Origin: Octopus vulgaris
Lineage: Eukaryota
DNA: 64,000 bases
Direction: 5' to 3'
Assembly (NCBI GenBank): GCA_951406725.2
Contig: OX597817.1
Coordinates: forward strand, 74,834,001 to 74,898,000
The position numbers and the translations under genes are program-made. Within the stretch, counting starts at the first letter, position 1. The number at the start of each line of letters is the position of its first letter. The notes under the pieces are model-generated. The model was not told where the DNA came from, did no database searches, and saw nothing but the letters and a program-made list of their open reading frames with translations. Positions 28,315 to 39,100 of this stretch are shown in pieces.

Positions 28315-29564
28315 GTTGTCAAGTCATTAAGTATGAAATTTGTAGTAAGGCATATGGTAAGCTTTGACAGCTGCTCATTTTGCACCATTATTATATTTTG
28401 ACATTCTTTATTTTTTGTTAGAAAGCTGACACATTTTTTTATTCTAACTCATTTTGCACTTTATAAAGTGTTTATAAATCGGTTTTTGCTATTTTTGTTT
28501 AGAGATAGATAAGTCGGAGATTTGTACAGTTTTGAAATATGAGTTCTTTCTTGGAAATACAGCATCACAGACAGTTTGGAATATTAATGGAATATTTCAT
28601 TCTAATGATATTACACAGCAGACAGTATCAAATTGGTTTGCAAAATTTCATTCTGGTAACTTTGACCTCACAAATGAGCAACATGGTCGACCAGAAACAA
28701 AGGTGAATAATGATGAACTGAAAGCCACCATCGAGTCAGATCCATGAATTATCATTGTTGTTTGGTGTAAGCAAGCAAACAATATTGACTCACCTAGTTC
28801 AAATTGGTAAAGTGAAAAAGTTGGATAAGTGGGTTCCACATGAACTCAATGAAAATCAGAACTAGCAACGTTTGGAAGCCTGCGTTATGCTACTTTCTTG
28901 TCACAGAAACGAATCATTTTTGAATTGAATTGTAACATGTGATGAGAAATGGATCCAATACAACAATCATAAATGTTCAGCACAATGGTTGGACAAAGAT
29001 GAGCCACCAAAACACAATCCAAAAAGCAAAATTCAGCAAAAGAAGCCGATGGTGTGTGTTTGGTGGTCTGGCACAGATGTGATCCATTATGATTTCATTA
29101 AACCTGGCTCATCAATCACAGCCAAAGTATACTGCAGCCAACTGGACCAGATGATACAGAAATTTACAAAAAAAACCCCAGATCCACTCCTATTTTATTG
29201 CAAGACAACGCCAGACCGCACATGGCAGAAATGATATTGTCGAAACTACAGGAGTTGGAAGTTCCCCATCATCCCCCATACTCATCTGATCTTGCCTCCA
29301 GTGACTACCACCTCTTCCAGAATTTGGATAACTTTTTGATAGGAAAAAAATTTAATTCCAACGATGCTGTAAAACAGGCCTTCCAAGATTTTATTGACTC
29401 TAGGTAGCCAGGATTTTACAGTTCTGGGCTGGACAAGCTACTGCTGAAATGGCAAACATGTATTGACAATATGGGTGCATACTCTGATGAATAGAACTAT
29501 TCCTTGTATTTATAAAACATTAGCAAACTTTTCTTTTCTACAAATTTCATATCTGACAACTTAA
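28312..29564 (+). mobile_element. Decayed mariner (DD34D) transposon
   Basis: TIRs taggttgtca..tatgaaatttgtag / ctacaaatttcatatctgacaacttaa. Motifs WVPHEL, TCDEKW, QDNARPH and HPPYSSDLASSDYHLF are present with internal stops and frameshifts. Confidence 0.92.
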
Positions 29565-29569
29565 TTATA

Positions 29570-32098
29570 CAGGGTATTGTGAATAAATTGTCTAAGTTAT
29601 GCAGAAATGAAAATAACACTGACATCTCATTTTAACAGATTTATTTACCAAAATTACATAATGATATCTTGAAATACTAAAGAGTAAATTTATTCAATCA
29701 AATCGCCATTGGTTTCAACCATGGCCTCCAGACACCTTCAGAATCTCCTGCAACTCTTCTGGATGGTTTCCTTGTTTAAGTTAGTGAATGCTGCCATAAT
29801 TCTTGTCTTCAGTTCATCTTTGGTGTCAGAATGAGTTTTGTTGGTCTCTCACTTAACTGTGTTCCACACATAATAATCAAGGAAGTTGCAGGCTGAGGAG
29901 TTAGGTGGCCAGATGTTAGGTGTGGTCACAGAAATTGTCTGACAGCTATGACTAGGTTCTCCTGCTTGTTTGGCATGGTGCAGAGTCCTGTTGCCAAACA
30001 TGGGGTCTTCCAGCAGCCACCCTCTTCACCCAGGGCAGCACTACCTCCTCCAGGTACTTGATGTAGGCCTTTGTGTCTGAGACTGTGGGAAGATGAATGA
30101 AGGCATAATGTTGCCATTGCTAGTGATCACTCTAAATACCATGATGTTGACTGGATGTTTGATTTTTATCACTCTTGGTACCTGTTTTGGGGACACAGCA
30201 AGCCAATGGTTGTTCTGTGGGTTCACTATCTGATCCTGGCAGAATTTTTTCTCGTCTGAGAAAAACTAAAGCATATTCATTTGGAGGGGACACTTGAGTT
30301 TGTTCAAAAGCTGTTGTAGCATGGTCTTTCCTCTTGTCCTTGCTGGCTTGGTATAAAAACTGGCCCTTTCTTGTCTTGTATGAGGAATACTGAATGTTGT
30401 CATGCACTACCTGCCTGATAAGAAACTCAGACACTCCTATGGACCTGATTGACTTGGAGGGATCATTGTCAACAAGGACCTGGATCTCACCAACAAATTC
30501 AGGAATTCTGTTCTTATCAGAATGATCAGAGTGAGCTTTCTGAGCTGCTGTGCCTTTGTAATCACCATCAGACTCATCCAACTCTTTCCAAATCCTCTGC
30601 ACTGTCCCCAGATTGACACTTAAACACTCTGAAATGTTCATGTTGGAGCTTCTGGTGCAAATGCCAAGCACTACATTTCCAAATTTCTTGCAGAGTGAAT
30701 TGCATCATGGTGCTGTTTTTCTCAGACAGTGCCCAACTGATCCTACTATACTGTGTAGTTGACAAAATCAAAAGCAGACAATGTGCATGCGCGAAATTAA
30801 AAATATAAAATAGTAACGCCTACAGGTAGATGGCCCTGCTCAATCTGTAAAAAAGGTGTAGGTAGAAACTCTATAAGGTGCACCAAGTGCAAGCTATGGA
30901 CACATAAGATGTGTAGCAATGTCAAAGGAAGGCTAACTAGGAAAATAGTTTTTGTCTGTGGCAGATGCTCAGGAGCAATAAACACTGAAAATGTGCAGAG
31001 ACCAACGTCTACCATGTTCCTGGGAGAAAAACTAGAAGCAGTTGATAGCTTCCGCTACCTAGGTGACCAAGTCAGTAGCGGGGGTGGGTGTGCTGAAAGT
31101 GTAACTGCTAGAGTAAGAATAGCCTGGGCAAAGTTTAGAGAGCTCTTACCCCTGCTGGTGACAAAAGGCCCCTCGCTCAGAGTAAAAGGCAGACTGTATG
31201 ATGCATGTGTACGAACAGCCATGCTACATGGTAGTGAAACATGGGCTGTGACTGCTGAGGATATGCGTAAGCTCACAAGAAATGAAGCCAGTATGCTCCG
31301 ATGGCTGTGTAATGTCAGTGTTCATAATCGACAGAGTGTAAGTACCTTGAGAGAAAAGTTGAACCTCAAAAGCATCATTTGTGGTGTGCAAGAGAGACGT
31401 CTGCGCTGGTATGGGCATGTGACGAGAATGGGTGAAGATAGTTGTGTGCAAAAGTGCCACACTCTAGCAGTTGAGGGAACCTGTGGAAGAGGTAGACCCA
31501 GGAAAACCTGGGACGAGGTGGTGAAGCATGACCTTCGAACTTTAGGTCTCACCAAGGAAATGACTAGAGACCGAGACCTCTGGAAGTATGCTGTGCCTGA
31601 GAAGACCCGGCAAGACCAGTGAGAACAGTCAAAATCAAACCAAATCAACATCAGTGGAAATTGCAGCTGTGGTTAAGTGAACCATCTGATCGTTTGTCCG
31701 TTGCCAGCCTGGCCTGGCACGTAAAAGCACCATCCGCTCGTGTCCGTTGCCAGCCTCGTCTGGCCCCCGTGCCGCTGGCACGTAAAAGCACCATCCGCTC
31801 GTGTCCGTTGCCAGCCTCGCCTGGCCCCCGTGCCGGTGGCACGTAAAAACACCATCCGTTCCTGGCCGTTTGCCAGCTCTGTCTGGCACCTGTGCAGGTG
31901 GCACGTAAAAAGCACCCACTACACTCACGGAATGGTTGGCGTTAGGAAGGGCATCCAGCCGTAGAAACACTGCCAACCTGACTGGGCCTGATGAAGCCTT
32001 CCGGCTTCACAGACCCCAGTTAAACCGTCCAACCCATGCTAGCATGGAAAGCGGACGCTAAATGATGATGATGATGACAATTTACCCATCGCACCCTA
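29570..32098 (-). mobile_element. maT/DD37D-like transposon, interrupted near its left end by an RTE LINE
   Basis: Begins TA|cagggtattgtgaataaatt. Minus-strand relics include FSDEKKF, QQDSAP and WPPNS..CN.LDYYVW. The body stops at ~30812, and the terminal acaatttacccatcgcacccta resumes at 32078 after the LINE tail. Confidence 0.85.
30813..32077 (+). mobile_element. 5'-truncated young RTE-clade LINE (RT C-terminus, 3' UTR and (GAT)n tail)
   Basis: Stop-free frame 30813-31622 with FRYLG, LYDACVRTAMLHGSETW, RLRWYGHV and GRGRPRKTW. GC-rich tandem 3' UTR, ending gatgatgatgatg. Confidence 0.92.
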
Positions 32099-32511
32099 TA
32101 TATATATATCATTGTTATTATGTTAAACTATCTTATGCCAAAATTGGGCCAACCGTATTTTTTTCTTTTTTTTTTTTCAGTATTTAATTTTGCTTGCAAT
32201 CACTGGTTCTTTTGATCAAACTATCATATTTCCAACTGCTTCAGATACCAAGATGTGAAAATTGTTGATGTGTAGTACAACGGTTTAGCATTTTGCAAAA
32301 GTGTAGTAAGTCCTACATATGATAGTTTTGCAAAAATATTTCTGATTAAAAATATCATACATTCATGGAGGTTATGATTTTATCCACCCAACAAAATATT
32401 ATTGTAAAGCCGAAGCTGTTGCTAATGTAAAAAGAAATGGAATGGTGAAACTGTTTTTTCATTTTCTGAAAAAGCAACATTTTGGACTGATGACATTTTT
32501 GCATAATAGCA

Positions 32512-32553
<42 letters not shown>

Positions 32554-32860
32554 TACTGTCTCCTTACCTTGACATTGTATGGTAGTTGTAAACAAATGTG
32601 TCCATCAAGCAAGCATTATCCTTCATTCCCAATATTCTGTGAAAACATGCCTGGTCATAGAGAAATGTAATCGTAGTTGGAAACAGGTTAGGTTTGGTGA
32701 CAGGAAGAGCATCTAACTGGAAAATCCTCAACAAAATTCTATTTGACCCATGTGAGCATGGAAAATTGGATGTTAAAGCAATGATATCAGTGCATGAGAT
32801 GTACAGATAAAGATTGAAATAATTGCTTTTTATTAAGTTACCTCTTTTGCTCTCTTTCAG

Positions 32861-33028
32861 GTTGGGATAAAAATTCCTATGGTTATCATGGAGATGATGG
32901 GAATTCTTTTTGTTCTTCTGGAACCGGCCAACCCTACGGACCAACATTTACTACTGGAGATGTCATTGGATGCTGTGTAAACTTGATTGAAAATACTTGC
33001 TTCTATACAAAAAATGGCGTGAATTTAG
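32861..33028 (+). CDS. RANBP9: RanBP9/10 coding exon, SPRY core, 168 nt: [56 protein letters not shown](G)
   Basis: Acceptor ctctctttcag, donor TAG|gtaagt. Contains the signature SYGYHGDDG...[13 protein letters not shown]...FYTKNG. Confidence 0.97.
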
Positions 33029-33054
33029 GTAAGTGAAAGAAATCTGTTGCGAAT

Positions 33055-33257
33055 TTAACCCTCTAGCATTTAAACTGGCCATATTCAGCCAAAATATTCT
33101 ACTTGTTTTGTGTTCTTAGTGGCCAGATATTGTCTCTTACATCTACCTTCTTATGTCATGCTAATTGAAATCTCAAAGATAATGCATAATTAATTCCAAA
33201 CAATGGAAATAAAAAAGCAATTCATTTGACAAATTAATCTGGATGTTAAAGGGTTAA
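33055..33257. mobile_element. TTAA MITE family A, 26 nt into the intron after the 168-nt exon
   Basis: Ends ttaaccctctagcattt and gttaaagggttaa. Confidence 0.8.
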
Positions 33258-34270
33258 TAATGATGATGTAATAAAATCATGCTCTGGTAATGATTACATA
33301 ATGGAAGAGCCATTCTAGCTATTTAAAAGTCTACAAAAGCTGGTAAATTCACTTTTTATGATCAACAATGGAACTGTCAGCAACCAGGTCACAGTTGGGC
33401 GAAGAAGGTTTTGATAGTTCAAAAATAAATGGGAACTGAATTGTGAAATTAATAGTTTTTGTAGGTTATATAAATAACTGAAATCTCTCTTCCGTGATGT
33501 AATTACTTCAGTTTCGACATTAATGTCTCAGATCAAGTTAGTTGATGGACATGTACAACTTCAAAATTTCACATGCCGAGATGTGACTGTGTGGTAAGAA
33601 GCTTGCTTCTCAACCACATGGTTCTAGGTTCAGTCCCACTGTGTGGTACCTTGGACAAGTGTCCTCTACTATAGCTTCAGGCTGACCAAATCCTTGTGAG
33701 TGGATTTGGTAGACAGAAACTGAAAGAAGCTTATCGTGTGTGTGTGTGTGTGTATATGTACATATTTGTGTGTCTTTGTGTCTCTGTTTGTCCCCCCCCC
33801 CCCCCATCGATTGACACCTGATGTTGGCATGTCTATGTCCCTGTAACTTAATGGTTCAGTAAAAGAGACCAATAGATAAGTACTAGGCTTACAAAGAATA
33901 AGTCTTGGTGTTGATTTCTTCGACTAAAAACCTTTTAAAGCAGTGCTCTAGCATGGCCGCAGTCAAATGACTGAAGCAAATAAAAGCCTATATGCATATA
34001 TACTTATGTGTGTGTTTACAGTTATCTTCTATCTTCTACTTGTTTCAGTCATTGGACTATGGCCATGCTGGAGCACTGACTTGAAGGATTCAGTCAAACA
34101 AATTGACCTCATACTTATTTTTTAAGCTTGGCACTTATTTCATGGGTAATTTTGCTTAACTGCTAAGTTACAAATCAACACTAGTTGTCATGGTGGTGGG
34201 AGACAAATACATACACAGACACACACGCACACACTATTCAGGTAGGCTATTTGTGATTGATATTGCCACT

Positions 34271-34498
34271 TTAACTCTTCAGCATTTAAACTGGTCATAT
34301 CCGGCCTAAATATTTTTCATGCTTTATGTTCAAACCAATCAGATCTGGCATCTCACACCTACCCTACAATGTAAGTCTAAAAGTAAACAATCACAACATC
34401 CAACCCCCAAAGCTATAAGAGAATGTATGATTAATTCAAAACAATGTGAATGCATAAGTGTTAAATTTGGCAGATTAATCCAAACACTGAAGAGTTAA
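34271..34498. mobile_element. TTAA MITE family A
   Basis: Ends ttaactcttcagcattt and ctgaagagttaa. Confidence 0.8.
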
Positions 34499-35784
34499 AT
34501 GCTAAAGGATTAAAGCTGACTGCCTTGATCCCTTTATTTTTTCATAAAAAATAATGATCTTATCTGTTGTCTTTCTGGATACACTCAGAAGACAGCAGAG
34601 TAATGTAGATAGATTTCCCCATCCCCAGTTAAGAAGCTCTATTTACTCTCTTTCTAGACAGATGTTCTGATTAGAAGTAAAGGGTTTAGCCACTCCTAAA
34701 GTACTTTTATAGGGACATTTGAGTGTCCCATGTACTATTGCTTGGGAGTTATTGACCCTGTGGCGGGTTCAGCTGTGCTTTCCACAGGTTTTGCTTTTGG
34801 CCTGCTGGGTTTCTAACAACCTTCCTCACCAGAATAATTTGTTGGGATAGGTGATTTTATCACCTATGACCCAATAAGGCAAATAACACACACACACACA
34901 CACACACATTCATATTCACTGTGTTGTTATGTATCTAATTAGATAAAATCATAAACACGCACACACACAATCTGTGTGTGTGTGAACGCATGTGTGCATG
35001 TATGTAATTTACATAATTACAGTGTGATCTGTAAAAAATTTGGCTGTTAAAAACTATGATTGATGTATGTATGTCTGTCTGTCTATCTATTTATACACAC
35101 ACACACATGTACACATACCTATTGGTTTATATACATAAGGTAAACATGTTCATGTATGTATATTATGTAAGTAAATAAGCATACTTAGAGAGAAAATCAC
35201 AAAAAAAGATACTACAAAATAATAAACACAAAGAAAATACTTTTTAGCTTTTTTAAATGCTACTATTGTATTAATCATCGCAACTATCAGGAAAGGTGGG
35301 TTTCCACTTGAATCATTTATTTCGTCATTCTTGTTGACAGGATGAAGTCATTTGCTTTTGTTTTCTTAAGTTTAGTTTTTTTTCTTTCTCTTTCTTTCTT
35401 TCTTTCTTAAGCAGTTATGCTATTGGACTATGTGTTTCTATAAATACATGCTGATGAAACTTAACTTTGTTTGTTGTACTTGAATAACTTTGCGTTCTAG
35501 CTAATATGGACGACGACAACAACAACAACTAAAAAAATGACAAAAATACAAAGCAATAAAATACCAGGCAGTATTCTGTTCTGGACATTTTCTTTCTCTG
35601 TATGAATTACTATATAAAATCATCATTATCATCATTGTTTTAGTGTCCTCTTTCCTGTACTTGCATGGGTCAGATGGAATTTATTGAGGTAGGATTTTCT
35701 ATGGCTGAATGTCCTTCCTCTCCAGCTGTTTCCAAACAAGTTAATATTTCCCCTTGGACAGACATGTTTTTTTTTTACAAAATA

Positions 35785-35943
35785 GGCGTAGGAGTGGCTG
35801 TGTGGTAAGTAGCTTGTTTACCAACCACATGGTTCCGGGTTCAGTCCCACTTTGTGGCACTCTTCTACTATAGCCTCGGGCCGACCAAAGCCTTGTGAGT
35901 GGATTTGGTAGACGGAAACTGAAAGAAGCCCGTTGTATATATG

Positions 35944-35975
<32 letters not shown>

Positions 35976-36192
35976 TATATATATATATATGTGTATGTGT
36001 ATATGTTTGTGTGTCTGTGTTTGTCTCTCCAACATCACTGGTGTGTTTACATCACCGTAACTTAGCGGTTCAGCAAAAGAGACCGATAGATTAAGTACTA
36101 GGCTCACAAAGAATGTCCTGGGGTCGATTTGCTCGACTAAAGGTGCTGCTCCAGCATGGCAACAGTCAAATAACTGAAATGAGTAAAAGAGT
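35785..36192 (+). mobile_element. tRNA-derived SINE (abundant family; other copies e.g. 7727-7882, 16910-17061, 33580-33985, 41765-42150 minus)
   Basis: A-box tggctgtgtgg, B-box ggttcagtccc, body ggatttggtagacggaaactgaaagaagccc, internal microsatellite and a conserved 3' part. Confidence 0.85.
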
Positions 36193-39100
36193 AATATTTG
36201 ATTTGAATGACACTCATTTACAACATCCAGCACAATGTCAAGACAATGACACACACACACAATTGGCTTTGGTCAGCCTGGGTCTGTAGTGGAAGACACT
36301 TGCCCAAGGTACCACGCAGTGGGACTGAACTTGAAACTATCTGGTTAAGAAGTAAACGTCTTACCATATGGCCATATCTGCATGACGTAAACATCAAGCT
36401 TCATAAAAAAGAAAAAATCTGTAATGTGAATTCCCATTTTATTATTATTATTATTATTATTATCATTTTTGCTTTATTTTCTTTTCTCTCAGTTTAAAAA
36501 CATTATTTCTATATTTGTACATGATTCAGCAAAATTCTGTTGTGGTTGAGGATTGAATAGGTTCCATCACAGACTTTAGTTGAAATGTTCTTTAATCGTA
36601 GTCTCAGTTTAAGTAGATTATTGTAATTTGATGGAGTTTTTTTTTATTGTCTATGTTGCTATGTTGTCTTTGTTGTGTTTCTTTTCTGTTGTCACTATAC
36701 GTGGTTGTTGGCCTTGATCACTGGAAGCAAAATTAAAACAAATATTTCAGATGTGTCGGCTCCAGACAGTGTGCAATTTTCTTTCAGTTATTTGTGGTTC
36801 CTTTTTAATATGGATTTCTAAAGTTTGCTGATTGTATTTTTAGTTTTGCAGTTTAAAATGGCAACTTCTCAAGGACTGAGTGCAGTGCAACAACAGCCTC
36901 TCGTTATTGTACTAGCTCTTCTCCACAATCTTGAAACATCTAGCCTAAATTCTGAGTAGGTGGACAAGTTCTGGAGTTCTATTCATTTAATGTCTATGTT
37001 GAAAATTGTAATATCAAGTCTTTTGTGTTTTATAATTTGGTTTATTTCCAATGGAGATCTTGTAGTTTAATTAAAGATTGAGAGCTTTTAGACTGTCAAA
37101 AGTTTATTGATTTGAATATCATACTCTGCCCACAGTTATACTGTACAGTTTTGTGCATGTCATAACAGTTTTGCTATTGTTTGCAGTTAACATTTCAATC
37201 TAGATTTTTCATTTCATTATAAGGTTTTATTAAAGCTAAAGTATTGTACATATTTGTCTTCATCTTTTATTCAGCATTGTAGTGGCTTTCATCTTTGCTC
37301 ATATGGAACATGCTGTATCATAGCAACATTTATAATTCTTATGGATTAGCTTAGTATTTTACATTGTACATCTTGGTCTTCTCTCTATAAAGTCAAGATG
37401 TCTTAGTCTGAGAAAGTGACAAATACTTCTCTTAATATTGTTTATACTGTTGAATTTTGGATCTTTGTTCTACCAACAAACCTGGTTCTCCTAAGTTTTT
37501 TTCCTCTTGCCTAATATTTATCATCATCATCATCATCATTTAATGTCCGTTTTCATTGCTGGCATGTATTGGACAGTTTGGCTAGAGCTGGAGAGCTGCA
37601 CCAGGTTCCAGTTGTCTGTTTTGGCTTGGTTTCTACATTAGATGCCCTTCATAACACCAGCCACTTTACAGAGTGTACTGGGAGCTTTTTATGTGGCACC
37701 AGCACAGATGCTCTTTATATGACACTGGCATGGATGTCCATTTTCCATGCTTATAATCAAGCAAAATGCAGATTTTTGCAGTTTTGGTTGAAGACTCAGG
37801 GGCCGTTTTCTTTTTTAGTTTTGGTTGAAGATACAGCTGGATGCTCTTCTTGTTGCCAACCTTCACTTGTTTCCCGGTGATATTTTACTTAGTTACTTGA
37901 ACATGAACAGCACAGTGGCTGGACATGTTTCCAAGGAAGAGTGCAAACAAATTATGCTGTTTATAAAGTGGTAATGTTTGTTCATGACTTATGCATGATA
38001 TCAAGAACACACATATATAGAGAAGTCTCTGTCAATTTCTATCCACCAAATCAATCCATAAGCTTTCATTGACCTGTGGTTATGAAGTGAATTTTTTCAT
38101 CACACAGCCATACCTGCACATACCCACACATACATTTATAATAGATACATACACACCTATATAAATATGTATTCAGAACCCTATCCATATGTTTATATAT
38201 ATATATATATCTGCAGTGAGACTGAATGTGGTTATCAAACACATAGGTGATTCAGTAAGCACAGGGTTGTACTACCTATGCCAACATCGAAAGTGGGCAT
38301 AAAATCATATAAGATTAGATATATGTATATAAAGTCTTTTATTTGTTTTGTTCATGATGGAGTACTGTCTTAAAAAGTTTCCTTAGAACAAATCAACTCC
38401 AGTATCTGTTTTTTTTTTAAAGTCTGGTACCTATTCTATCAGTCACTTTTGCTGAACTGTTAAATTATGAGGGATGTAAATAAACCAGCACATGTTGTCA
38501 ATCAAGAGTGGTGGGGTAGATGACAAACTCACACATGCATACACTTAGACATATACAATGGGCTTCCACATAGCTTCTGTCTACTAAATACACTTACAAA
38601 GCATTGGCTAGCCAAGGTGCCAGGTAGTGGGACTGAACCTAAAATTGTATGGTTCCAAAGTGAGCTCTTTAACCACACAATCATGTCTGTGTCATATATA
38701 TTAATAGTAGTATTGGTGGTTATTATCAAGTAGGTATATATGGGAAAAGAGAGCTCTCCACTATGTTATACTTTTGAGAATAATATATTGTATTAAATGC
38801 TCGGCACAGAGAGTTACACTCATGCGCTTTTACACACATTCATTCATGTTTAGACAGAGAAACAAACAGATTAGATGGAAAGAATCAATGTAGTGAGTGT
38901 ATTTTTTTTAACCAGCAAGTTCTGAAGTATAAGATTCCTGTATTACTTCTTTCATTTGCCTTATGCCCGCCATTCCAGTACTTTCTGATTACCCTCTCCA
39001 CAGTGTCTAGCTATTATATAGACGTACTATATTGGATAAGATAGAGGGTGATATTATAATCTATTATAAACATTCTAATTGGCTCTATTTTGTTTCTGGT

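Noticed and set aside
31945-31975. CTGATGA followed by hairpin AGCC-TTCC-GGCT (hammerhead-like)
   Set aside because: No GAAA after the stem, and other copies read CTGGTGCAGCC, so this is a chance variant.
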